This document shows positions 35,401 to 47,215 of a DNA stretch of 64,000 nt, piece after piece. The position numbers and the translations under genes were made by a program. Origin of the DNA: Bugula neritina (lineage: Eukaryota > Animalia > Bryozoa). Each line of letters begins with the position of its first letter. The first letter of the stretch is position 1. The DNA lies in assembly GCA_964035545.1 (NCBI GenBank), contig OZ037767.1:30334628-30398627 (forward strand). Direction: 5' to 3'. Below the pieces are notes generated by a model. The model did not search any database, was not told where the DNA came from, and worked only from the letters and a program-made list of their open reading frames with translations.

Positions 35401-37148
35401 TTAGACAAAATGCTATTGGATAGTCAATATAAGCTGCAGGTCAACCTCAGCGAATCAAATACATGTGCCAGCTTTAATATTAACTTCTTAGAGTAGTTAC
35501 ACACTTCTGATTGAGTGAATTTCATACATCGTATTGTTATAGTATAGCACATGTAACATTAAATTCTCCTTCAGTTATTTATTCATTAATTTTCCAGCCA
35601 ACCTGGCATGGATTATGATGCCTATACTTGTACCCTGAGAATCAAATGCTAAGCTAGTTTTATACTCATCCATTGTCATTGGTTAATCGCTTTTATTTTT
35701 ATATGGCATTTATATTTATTTGCATCTGGATTAACTGCTTATGCGAGTCAAGAGTCAATTAGAACACTTCTAAACCTGAAAAACCTTTTTATCAACAGAC
35801 TCTTCGTGTATATGTGTAGTTCTACTTATCCAGAAAGAAGGAGCACAAAACAGGTCGTGTACGCAATGCCATGCATAATGAGTGTGAAAAAATCTTTCTT
35901 TTTTCAGATCTTTCAGAGACCAAAGTTTCAGAGTTGAGAGGCTTTGCTGAGAATAAGCAAGGATTTATTTTGTTTTTCCAAGACTCTACAAACTCTGAAA
36001 CTGAAATCTGTCTCAAGTCTATCAGACCCTACCATGACTCACTGGATTGCTCAGTCAGACTAGTTGATGAGAGCTCATGCAAGAAGCAGACGACAACTTG
36101 TCAACTGGACCATAGCAACACCTTGACTACAAGGATTCATGGAAACACAATCTACATGACAGATGGTCACTGTGTTCAATTGATGGGTATGCTGTCTATT
36201 TACCGTAAAATATTTTGAACTAAAAGTTTCTAGGTGTATGATTTAAGACTGTATTATATGCTTTTTCTTGTGAAACATATAACTAGAATAGAGCTTTCAA
36301 TTAGCTTTCTGGGCCAAAAATAATTTTTTTTACTGTTTTAAGCATTAGAAAGCGAAACAACAATATCGGTGTAATGTTATAATAAAATATCAATATCATA
36401 TTGCAATATTGTGCATGAACACATGATTAATTTTGTTGTTACAGACCTCAGTGAGGTGAACATTAGGAGTGTTGCCGGAGAGAGTACAGAATCTATGACT
36501 TCCTCATCAATAACACCTACCTCTAATCCAACTCCCTCAGTTTCAGTAGCTACAGTCACTCTGTCCTCCTCACCACCGGCACCTACATCTAAACCAACCC
36601 ATTCACCATTGCCACCTACATCTCATCTAAATCCCTCATCAATAGCACCTACCTCTAAACCAACTCCTGCAGTTTCGGTAACTAGATTCACTCTGTCTCC
36701 CTCACCACCGTCACCTACGTCTAAACCAACCTCTTCATCTTCTCCAAACATAGTCACTCCACCCTCATCATCTCTGTCACTCATTCCCACACCTTCCACT
36801 AAGAGTTTCACTGGCCAGACCGACTGTGGGAATGAAGGAACACATAACAGCCTCAAAAGCATGATCAGGTTCAGATTCATGAGCTTCACCAACTGCAATC
36901 AGAACCCAGTAACTGGTGCCGTACTACAAATACTTCTACACCAGGTCCTACACGTCCCTGCTAAGAATATGGCTAGTGAATGTGGTATTCTATGTACTGA
37001 CTACCCACATGATTGCTCTGGCTTTGGCTATACTGCTGATGGCGACTGTATTCTGTTCTCTGATTTTGGAAAAATAAAAGTAAAATTATTGAATGCTAAC
37101 TTCGAGAGATGCTACATGAAGGTGGAAGCCCCAAGTGATAGTTGCTAA
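32405..37148 (+). CDS. Uncharacterised secreted protein, paralog B (~576 aa). Exons: 32405-32471, 32915-33139, 33489-33646, 34325-34622, 35908-36186, 36445-37148
   Basis: Six exons in frame (1731 nt) with the same intron phases as paralog A (1,1,0,1,1); leader MNVLGLINVLLLGAAYSVAISS; longer S/T/P linker; near-identical C-terminal domain. Confidence 0.82.
34695..35219. mobile_element. Non-autonomous DNA transposon (MITE, 525 bp), Merlin/Mutator-like ends
   Basis: TIRs GGTTTCATCCCAGATAGA...TCTATCTGGGATGACACC with further inverted matches (TAGACGCTAGGCTAAATTTCCCACTT, GCTTCCCAGTTAGACG); 8-bp flanking repeat GTCTGAAA/GTTTGAAA. Confidence 0.85.
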
Positions 37149-38838
37149 CATGCCATGTATGAAAGCTTGAAGCTTCAACCGAGCTTTTTTGTTGAGGGTG
37201 CATGCATGGTTTTTGTAATGTTCTAGCTGTTGCAATGTTGATTGTTGTGCCAGTTTACTGTAGATCACAGCATGTGTTGAATGGGTCTTGCAAGGTATAT
37301 GCTGTTTGTTTGATTCAAGCAATATTTACACATTGCTAGCTAGCAGTTGCTTATAAATTTGCTGTTTCTTGCTACTTACTAGACTTTTTGTTTTCCCAAT
37401 TTGCTTTTTGGGATAGTGTGGGCAACTCCAAAAAACCATTTTGCTTGCATATAACTAAATAATAGTGTAATTGCATGTGCTACCCTAAGTAAACTGTGAG
37501 AAGTTAACTCCACAAAAATGTGAAACTCACCTATATTTTGAAAGCTGGTAAAGGATTTTGCCTTTTAATTTAAAAATTAAGATGCGTTCAAGACGTTGTT
37601 TGATGCTTAATTGAAGTTACAAAAAGTCTTTGTTGATTTTATTGCTAAGCAGGAAATCACGATAGACTAAGTTTTAGCTTTTATTTTTCAGTCTGTGGTT
37701 TTTACTATTTTTTTAAAGTTGTCTGGTAGTGTAAAGGTGCATAATGTGGTTGGTGTCTAATTATTATTGCAATGCTATATTTTTTTCATTAATTATTTCT
37801 TGTGCTAACATCACAATATCATAATACTGTAATACTATATTAGTTATTTTGTATTATTGTAATATTATATTATTGTTGTTGCTGTACTATTGTGATATTG
37901 TATTAGTGTTAATTTTGTATTATTGCAATATTTTATTTATTATTTTTGTATTGGTATTACAATACGATATTATTAATTTATTTTATGTTGTTGATGTTGT
38001 ATTATTGTGATAAATATATTATTGTAATATCATTATTGTTAATTTTTATTGCGATGTCCGAAACCTATTGCGGTGACAAATATTTACATCGAATATAAAT
38101 GATATAAAATCAAACCTTGCTACAGCTATTCCTGCAGCATTAGTGAAGCGTGCAACATTATTGGATTTGTAAACGAAACTTGACTTCAGTGTTCATGCTG
38201 AGACAACTTCGAACATAAACTTCGGATAATTTATTGGCATGGAGTAACACAATGCTACAAATATGACTTGTTGAACTAGAAAAGTTTAATTCAGTAAACA
38301 TATAAGATATATATATCTTATTGATTATAGCAACGCTATAGAAGTAACCTATCAGCACTTCACAAAATCTTAATTACTATTACATATATAAGAGCTACAA
38401 AATGGGAAACTATTACTTCAAAATTTTTTGTATATATCATATATTTTGTGTACAAATAATAAAAAATATACATGTTATCCATTCTAAAAACAAAATAAAT
38501 AACTTTAACCATGTTAAAATCAGATCAGCTTCAGTATACCTTCAATAAATAGCTATTAAAAAGCTTTAATGTTCTCATGTCAACAATATATCATTATTGT
38601 AATAGTAATAGTTATTGCTGATAACACATCTATTTATTGAATATAATTATATAATAATATATTATTGTCTTGTAGGTTACCTTCCCTCTACTAACAATTA
38701 AGCTGTCTTAAGTAGCTAGCAACTTGCATTTGGATAACAATATAAGGATTTCGTGCTAATTCTACTTTCGTTATAAAAATAGAAACATCCAATGATCATG
38801 TGACTGTGTCGAGTTGGATGCCAACTTCTGACGTACAC

Positions 38839-41800
38839 TTAACTTTGTGAGGTGAAAATAGAAGCTTTTGCCTTGAAATCTGCTCTCCGCTGTTTTTTCT
38901 CTTCAGCTTGCTGCCGTTTTTCTTCCTGTTCTGCTTTGATTTCCTCTTCAAATTTGGCTCCTTTTCGCTGCTCATTGATCTACAGTAGACAGTAACGTCT
39001 GCAGTGTTTAATGCAATAGTGACCAGTAATACTGCTAGAGTGACTAGTAGTACTGCTAGAGTGACTAGTAGTACTACTAGAGTGATCAATAGTACTGCAA
39101 GCATGACCAATAGTACTGCTAGAGTAGTACTAATAGTACAACTCCAGCATTTAGTACAACATCTCCAGTAGTTAGTAGTAGTACAATGAAGTAATTAGTG
39201 CTGATAAAGTAGGGATTTCTGCACCTATTATAAATTACTACCAGCAAAAAGTTAGAACTGCTTATAGTTATTACTAGTACCATGCTTATTCTGGTCTAGT
39301 TACTAGTAATAGTACTAGCACCTAGTACTAATGACTAGTACTAATAACTACATAGTACTAGTAAATAGTACTAATGACTAGCACTAGTTACTAATTACTA
39401 TTACCCTTATATTTTAATCTTTGCAATTGTGAAAAACACAACTAGAGCTGTGCCAGTGCTGTGAAACGGAGAACTAGGAAAAGTCTACCATACATAGTTA
39501 CAAGGAAACTAGTACTAGTAACTGGCTACTTATAGCACTAGTAGCTGAACTCTATATAATACCTTGGCTTGAAAGAATTGAGAAGCTCCGCTGACCCCAA
39601 CTTCATCAACATTGACTTCTGAAATTTGACTGTAGAGCTCTTGTAGCCCCGAGCAGTGATCCAACTCGCCGGCCATAGCCTTTCTGAATATCAGTAGGAA
39701 CTACAATACATGGTTACATAAAGTATCAACATGACTGAGAATGAGGTACAAAATATTATATGATGATGCATTTTAGTATTATAATCAATATAATACTTTG
39801 CTTTGAACGTGAGTTTTAGGAGTTGTCTGTTCTCTACATATGTGAGTTTTATTGGCCAAGTTCGTATGTCTGTTATTTCTAGCGAACTTTTTCAATAATA
39901 ATTCTAGTTTCAACTATAAGTTTGGTTTTGATATAAAACTATGTGCACATATCAATGTCAATCTAGATTCACTGTATATAACTACAAGCACTGTGTATAA
40001 TCTGTGTATGTAGATTATATATGGAGTAAAGCCGGGAAAGTGTGATATGCAACCAGCAACTGACAAATACTTCAACTGATGCACGGATGCAGTAAGACCT
40101 TTCAATGTGTCTAAAAGTCCATTAACTAGTGAATGAGCTGTTAGAATGTCTAATACAATTGGTAAATGGTGGGTTGAACTATGAGTTCTACATTCAAAAG
40201 AGAACTGGTGGCTAGTTTATCTAACAGAGTCAAAATACTAATCTCACAGAGAGCAAGGTGAAGTTGGTTGTAAACTGCAGCTACATTATCCCATTCACCT
40301 TAATACAGTTGAAAATACAACTGATTAACACAAGAAGTGAATCCATTAAGAAAAAAGAAGGATGTGGTTAATTAGAGCAAGGCAGCTTTCAGTGGCAGCA
40401 TCTATTCACTTATCTGACTCATTGATTAATCATAATAATTACTCAAGCAAAACAAATACAGGCATTGTAGTTGAGTGCAAAATGAAGGTAGTAGAAGCAT
40501 GGGCCGTGCCTAATGGCAATATATGTAAATCGGTTTTAGTAATCATTTCCCATTTCAGTATAGCAGGCAGAAATTTTCTTTAATGGCAAAAACATATTAA
40601 AAGTTGAATGCCCAGCAACAATGCTAATGTCTCTGGTGTGAGTTTGAAATCTGCCTGCTTCAAGAGTTAAACAACAGCTTCAATTATCTATAGCCGTATT
40701 TTTGAGATTTTAGGAAATCACATACTTCTACAACTCACGCGCAGCTCTTCTAAAATCTGCATAGCCAAATCACAAGACATAAACCCAATATAACAGACAA
40801 AACAATTTCAAATCTTCTAAATATGTACCTAATGGAACAACTTCTTCAAAATGTTTAGCTAAACTGTAATTTGAGGTGAATAGGAATTCAACCATTTAAA
40901 TTCTGTTAAATTTTAGGGTCATCAGGGTGCATATTTAGAGAGAACAACACAAAACCAATTCAGATAACAGATACTGTCTTATTGAACTCAGAAAAATGTG
41001 AATGATTCATATAATGTATCAGTAAAGATATCAGAATACAATAACAGCATGATAAATATCATTAGTACTAACACTATTAGTATTAATGTGATCACTACTA
41101 CCACTACTACTAATGCCACTATTGCTAGTGATACTACTTCTACTGCTACTATTGCTACAGCTACTACAACTACTAGTATTACTGCTACTACCACTACTAG
41201 TATTACTACTATTACTGCTACTGCTGCTACTACTACTGCTACTGCTGCTGCTGCTACTACTACTACTACTATCACCAATGCTACTATTGCTAGTGATACT
41301 ACCAGTGCTACTACTACTAGCACTACTGTTACTGCTACTACTACTAGCACTACATACAACTACTGCACTACTATTAAACTATTAGTACTACACTTAGAAA
41401 CAGGCAACTCATATTAGCAAGTGAAATGTCAGAAAACAAGCCAAGTGTGACAAAAAGTCAAGCAAAATGTTTTCCTCAACCAGATGCGTGATAAACTAGG
41501 ATACAATGACTACAACAGATAAGTTAATGACTTCATTGCCAATTGCCATTATCACACAAATAATATAGCTATTGTATTATACACAACGGGGCTAATGACA
41601 ACATCTCCCATAATCAGCCTGCTATCTTCAATATAATGCAATACAAAAACAGTCATTGTTATAAAAAATGCAAATGTTGAAAGGGTTCACAGACAACTGA
41701 ATTAACTATAAGCAAAAGCTTCCAATCTTGAGTTATATTGTAAGTAGAAGAAAGAGTGAATGAAGACTCTAGGCAGTGTGTAATACCAGTATATAGTACT

Positions 41801-44800
41801 AGCAATATGAGTATAAAGTGTACTACCAGCATGAGAGTGCTAAGAAATGGACACTATGAATATACTACCAGATTATGTAATAAGGCAGGATATCTCTCAC
41901 CATTCACCACAGAGATTGTAGTTCACAGGATTAGTGTAACCACAGTATACATGACTATTATAATAAAGTAATTTGCATGTAACCAAATCCCTGCTGTGTT
42001 CATGAAATGTGTTGATAATATTACATATCCTAGGACCTAGAATCTATATGCATCAATGTATTGCAGTAATGTATACTAGTAATGCATTGCAGTAATGTAT
42101 ACTAGTAATGCACTGCAGTAGTGTATTGTAGTAATGTACTGTATATTATAGTAATGCACTGCAGTAGTGTCTTAGCAATGTGTACTAGTAATGCATTGTA
42201 GTAATGTATAGTAGTAATGCACAGCAGTAGTGTATTGTAGTAATGTATGGTAGTAATGTACTGTAGTGTTGTATAGTAGTAGGGGAGAGTGGGGCAGATT
42301 GAGACTAGGGTTGATTGAGACAAGTGAATTTTAGAATGAAATTGAGAGTTGTCTTGCATGTTCTTTGTTTTGTGAGGTACAAATTGTGACTACTTCCTGT
42401 AAGAAAATTGTCCATGTGCTGAAACCAAGGTAAGTTTATATTTTAACAATACCACTTTTTAAAGATATTTTTGGTGGAGCCTAGCAATTTTTGAGAGCTT
42501 ATAACTTTAGCATTTGCTAGTTTATCAGTTGAAACTTTATAAAAATAAAAAAGCTATTTGTATACTGCAACTTTTCAAATTATCATGGATGCTCTTCGAT
42601 TAGTTCTCACCATGTGGTAGTGTGAACTCACTGCTATCATTTACGTTCCAGTGGGTAGATTGAGACATCTTTATTGTGGGTAGTTTGAGACTTGTCTCAA
42701 ACTGGACACATTATATATGTAATATATGTGAGTTGTCTCATTCTACCCCATTTGGGTAATTTGAGACTTAGTCTCAAATTACCCAAGGCTGAGCCTGAAA
42801 CTACCCACATATGTGGCCCACATTGCATATTTTTCCGAACAAATTTAGATAACTTGATAAGTCAAATTGGATGTTTACTATCAAATTTAACTTTTTAGAT
42901 ACTGCCACTATGCCTAGAAACTACAAAAGAAAGCGAGAGAGGACTGAGGAGTCAACAATGGAGCTGGCCGTTGAGCTTGTTGTAAAAGATGGTTTTACGC
43001 TGAGGAAGTCGTCTGAAAGAACAGGTGTCCCATTTCAGACCCTTCAACGTTATGTAAAAAAGGTTAGAGATAACCCAGGACATCGAGAATTCAAGCCAGT
43101 ATACAAGAAGAGAGTTCTCGATTCACAGCTGGAAGGCGAAATGTCAGAATACCTGATTACTTGCTCAAAGATGAACTATGGCTTGACATTGAAAGATGCA
43201 CGAGTTCTTGCTTTTGAATTAGCTAAAGCGAATAATCTAGCAGTGCCAGATAATTGGCACACTCACAAAATGGCAGGTCGAGACTGGATGGCTGCATTCC
43301 TTGATCACCACCCCCTGAGTTTGCGTAAACCAGAAGGGTGCAGCTTGGCTCGCAACAATGCATTTAACAAAGATAATGTAAACACTTTTTACTCTAACTT
43401 GAAAAACGTCTATAAAAAGTATCCCTCATTAACTGACGGCACACGCATCTATAACTTGGATGAAACTGGATTGACCACAGTTGGGAACACTGGTAGAGTT
43501 ATAGCTCAAACTGGTGAAAGGCAAGTTGCTCAAGTTCAAACTGCTGAACGCGGTTCTTTGGTTACTGCTTGCTATATTGTCAGTGCTGCAGGGATGAGCT
43601 TGCCTCCGGTCATGATTTTCCCGAGAAAGAACTTCATACCACGAATGACCGTTGGAGCCCCGACTGGCACTGTCGGGCTAGCTGCTAAAAGTCCATGGAT
43701 GACTGGAGAGCTCTTTGTTCATGTGCTGAACCACTTCATTAATCAAACGGGAACATCTAAAGAGAACCCTACCCTCCTTATTATGGACAACCACTGCAGC
43801 CACATTGCACCCAATGTGTTGAAGCTAGCAAAGGAAAATGGCATTGTCATACTAACATTGCCTCCTCACTGTACACATCGACTGCAGCCTTTGGATATTG
43901 GAATATTTGGACCTTTGTCAACATACTACAATCAAGCTATCTCTAAATACCATCTCATGAATCCAGGAGTTAAAATTGATATCTACAATGTTGCCCAATT
44001 TCTTGGGGATGCTCATAGCAATGCTCTAACTATAAAGAACATTCAAAACTCATTCAAAGCAGTTGGAATATTTCCGTTTGACAACAATGTTTTCACGGAT
44101 GCAGATTTCCTTCCAAGCCGTGTTCAGGAGAATTCAACAAGTGTCACAGAAGGTGCAAACAATGAGCTGATGGCAAGCAACGCTGACAAACCTACCACAT
44201 CTACAGCACTTGCTAACAGTGACAATGGTATTGCAGAATGTCACGGTGAGATAGAAAAGAAGAAATCTCCAGAAATGGTTCGACCATATCCATCAAAGGA
44301 ATCTGATAAGTTGCACTCTGCTAAAGGTAGAAACAAGAAACGGAAAAGTACTGTGTTTACTCTATCACCTATGGTCGAGCCAGCAAACAAAACCACTTCA
44401 TTCGTCAAGGCTTCAAAGAAAAAATCAGCTAGGAAACTGATGAAGGATGCAGGCTTATCGAGCTCCGATGAAGAGGATATGCCTCTTGCAAAAATGATCA
44501 AGGCAGGAATGGTGCAAGACAACTCTGATGATGAATACGATGAATATGCTGACGGAATCAAGGAAACCGAAGATATTGTGGTAATTGATTTAGATGTAGA
44601 GATGAAAGGCAGATGTGATGAAGGTGATTTTTGCTTGGTAGAGTACACATCCAATGAAACCCAAAAACTGTATTATGTTTCAAAAGTGCTAGAAAACAAG
44701 GAAGGGCAAGGTGTTGTAGTCAGCAGTATGAGAAAGTCTAAACTGTCCACCGACGACGTGACAAGATTTGTAGTACCTCAAATATCTGACATTAATTTGA

Positions 44801-47215
44801 TTGAGCTTCAGCAAATCAAAGCACTTTTGCCAAAGCCAGCCACTTTTGGAGGAACAGCAAGGCAAAAGTCCACCTACAGTTTTCCTACAGTGGTATTCCC
44901 TGTTAACATAAACTTGAGATAAATAGACTAGGATGTACATGTACAATTACCTGTACCATAATTAGCCTATAAACTGAAATAAAACTTCTTGTCTCATTCT
45001 ACCCACATATTTATTTCCACTTGTCAATGTTTCATAGCTAGTCTCAATCTACCCCATCAACAAAATCATTGTCTTAGTTTACCCATACATGTTGTCTCAA
45101 TCTACCCTCCGTAATTATGGTGGGGCAATTTGAGACAGAAATTTCAACTTTAATTTATGTGAAAACAATAAATGCAACAACAAAGAATATTCTGGTGATG
45201 AAAGTAAATTGCAATAGCAGTAATTTTTGATGGTTTTAATTTAAATACATGAAAATGATTTTAAGATAGAGCCAACTGTAAAAACCTGTCTCAAACTACC
45301 CCACTCTCCCCTAATGCACAGCAGTAGTGTATTGTAGTAATGTATGGTAGTAATGTACTGTAGTGTTGTACTGTAGTAATGCACTGCAGTAACTAACCTC
45401 TCTAAAACTAATTTTGCCGTCATTGTCTTCATCCACCTCTTTAATCATTGCCTTAAGTCCTAAATGGGTTTGGGGGCAGCCTAGCTTCTCCATCATTACT
45501 TTCAGCTCATTAAAGTCTATGAACTTGTCATGCCCTGTGTCGTAGCTACAAAATACAACTTAGTAAATGTGACACAAGTTAATTAATTGCTTCACAAAGT
45601 AATGTAAGTTACAGAGTACTATAGTAGGCCATATCTTTATTCACTTTACCGAGTAGCAAAGAGGAAGGGCGTGATGCAAACCCCCTACTGCCTGTTGTAA
45701 TAACATTACCAGCAAATTACCAATTCCTACTTCCTCTTTGTAAAGGGAACAAATATTACTACTAAATACTGACTAGTCTACTCAGGTGCCCTTATTTACT
45801 ACCTAAGAATGTGAAGAAATAACCAGGATATATGAGGCTGAGTCATCACCTCTGTCAGTCAACAGTCCCACATCATGAGTCATGTACTTGTTGTTGTTTA
45901 CTGCATCTATATCTAGTCTAATGGGTATAATATATCATAATGGTTTCTTAATGAGGTCTTGAGGGTTTATGGAGATCAAATGATACCACAGAATTGAAGT
46001 TATATAAGTATTAGTAGAAGAGTTTATGGTACAAAACAACCTACTAGAAGAGTTATGAGTACAAGATAACCTACCTAGAAAAATTAAGGATGCAAGACCA
46101 CCTACTAAGAAGAGGATAAAAGACTACCTCACTAGAATTTCGATGTGTTATAATACTATTTTTATCCCAAGTTGTTATTGATGGCGCTACATCAACATGA
46201 GTTTTGGCAGGCAGGTTGCAGTACGTGCATATTGCAAAACGTTACATAATATTAAAGAATACAGTAGTAGCTGAAAATATCATACTGCAATGTAGAATAT
46301 CTTTGTTCATTTGTGGCCATAGCACTATACCTTGTAGCCTTTGGAACAAATCAAAACAACATAAATTGTTTTACAAGAAAACATCATCTGCAGAAAATAT
46401 GCTAGTAATTTAGACCAGGGCATGCCTGGCTGTGAAAGTTGTGTGTTTTATAGCTTTCTACTGAAATGTTTAGATAAGCCGAGTAGTGTGATATAAATGA
46501 TCCCATCTTGTAGGCATAGTTGCATGTCAGTTGTATTGTCAAAAGAAACAATACCTCACTGGAGGGGGATATGGCACAGCAGCTAGATTACAATTAGAAA
46601 TAGGATATTGTGCTAACAGCAATGAGTTAACAGTTGAGGTGTTGAGTAACACTGAAATTGAGAAAAGCCTGTGTTCTAGATAAGAAATGTAGCAAAATAA
46701 GTCATGTTCTCTCGAGAAGTTTTTAACCCCAGCAAAACAGAGTTCATTAAGAAATTAATTGCGAAATGATGTGAGGTGAATACTATCACTATGTGCTTGC
46801 TACCGATACATGCTGGATACAAATGTTAGCTGAGTTCTGATCTCTACTAGCTATTTGAGGTGGGGGTGGAAGTATGAAACTTTTTATGCATTTCTTGAAC
46901 ATGCAACTATTCATACCACAATTTGCTATATGCCATCCCATACCACTTACCAGTATGGGTAGAGTTTGAATGTTGGAATCATAAAAATCCTATGAAAAAT
47001 GTGTTTTCTCCTAAAAATAGTACCTCGAGCAAATAAACTCACCGTTTAAATGTGGCCTCGTATGATTGGATTTCTTTCCTGCTGAACTCTGGAAACTCTG
47101 TGTAGGGGTTGAACACTTTCATAGAAGGCATGGCTTTTGGTGCTTCACCATCTTCCGGGACTTCGTTGAGGAGGTTTCTTCTGTTCAGCTTATTTGCCAG
47201 CTCATCGGTAGCCAT
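38839..47215 (-). CDS. EFHD2: EF-hand domain protein D / swiprosin-1, 199 aa. Exons: 47215-47043, 45545-45398, 39700-39563, 38979-38839
   Basis: MATDELANKL..., KVFNPYTEFPEFSRKEI, EF hands (YDTGHDKFIDFNEL; EVDEDNDGKISFREFLLIF), MMEKLGCPQTHLGLKAMIKE, C-terminal coiled coil KFEEEIKAEQEE; 600 nt in frame. Confidence 0.95.
39012..39130. repeat. 21-bp tandem repeat (GTGACTAGTAGTACTGCTAGA-like)
   Basis: About 5-6 copies next to the acceptor of the last EFHD2 exon. Confidence 0.8.
41060..41375. repeat. Compound (TAC/TGC/TAT)n trinucleotide repeat
   Basis: Low-complexity triplets; source of the poly-T/V/L ORFs. Confidence 0.92.
42055..42281. repeat. GTAATG/GTAGTG minisatellite split by the pogo insertion; continues at 45312-45392
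   Basis: The same units (TAATGCACAGCAGTAGTGTATTGTAGTAATGTATGG) lie on both sides of the transposon. Confidence 0.88.
42282..45311 (+). mobile_element. Autonomous pogo-superfamily DNA transposon (3030 bp) in EFHD2 intron 2, antisense to host
   Basis: 24-bp TIRs GGGGAGAGTGGGGCAGATTGAGAC / GTCTCAAACTACCCCACTCTCCCC (2 mismatches); TA duplication at 42280-42281 and 45312-45313; intact transposase. Confidence 0.96.
42910..44922 (+). CDS. pogo/CENP-B-type transposase (HTH_psq + CENP-B HTH + DDE_1, DD35D), ~670 aa
   Basis: MPRNYKRK start, GVPFQTL helix-turn-helix, AGRDW, IYNLDETG, LIMDNHCSH and QPLD with 35 residues between the last two Asp. Likely ATG is 42910, just after a ttttag acceptor. Confidence 0.94.
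   Translation: MPRNYKRKRERTEESTMELAVELVVKDGFTLRKSSERTGVPFQTLQRYVKKVRDNPGHREFKPVYKKRVLDSQLEGEMSEYLITCSKMNYGLTLKDARVLAFELAKANNLAVPDNWHTHKMAGRDWMAAFLDHHPLSLRKPEGCSLARNNAFNKDNVNTFYSNLKNVYKKYPSLTDGTRIYNLDETGLTTVGNTGRVIAQTGERQVAQVQTAERGSLVTACYIVSAAGMSLPPVMIFPRKNFIPRMTVGAPTGTVGLAAKSPWMTGELFVHVLNHFINQTGTSKENPTLLIMDNHCSHIAPNVLKLAKENGIVILTLPPHCTHRLQPLDIGIFGPLSTYYNQAISKYHLMNPGVKIDIYNVAQFLGDAHSNALTIKNIQNSFKAVGIFPFDNNVFTDADFLPSRVQENSTSVTEGANNELMASNADKPTTSTALANSDNGIAECHGEIEKKKSPEMVRPYPSKESDKLHSAKGRNKKRKSTVFTLSPMVEPANKTTSFVKASKKKSARKLMKDAGLSSSDEEDMPLAKMIKAGMVQDNSDDEYDEYADGIKETEDIVVIDLDVEMKGRCDEGDFCLVEYTSNETQKLYYVSKVLENKEGQGVVVSSMRKSKLSTDDVTRFVVPQISDINLIELQQIKALLPKPATFGGTARQKSTYSFPTVVFPVNINLR

Noticed and set aside
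40988-41417. Poly-Thr, poly-Val and poly-Leu ORFs resembling mucin or antifreeze proteins
   Set aside because: Trinucleotide repeat inside EFHD2 intron 2, open in several frames only because of its composition.
42871-42909. Extra N-terminus MFTIKFNFLDTAT on the transposase
   Set aside because: Overlaps a pyrimidine/AG acceptor; MPRNYKRK at 42910 is the more typical start.
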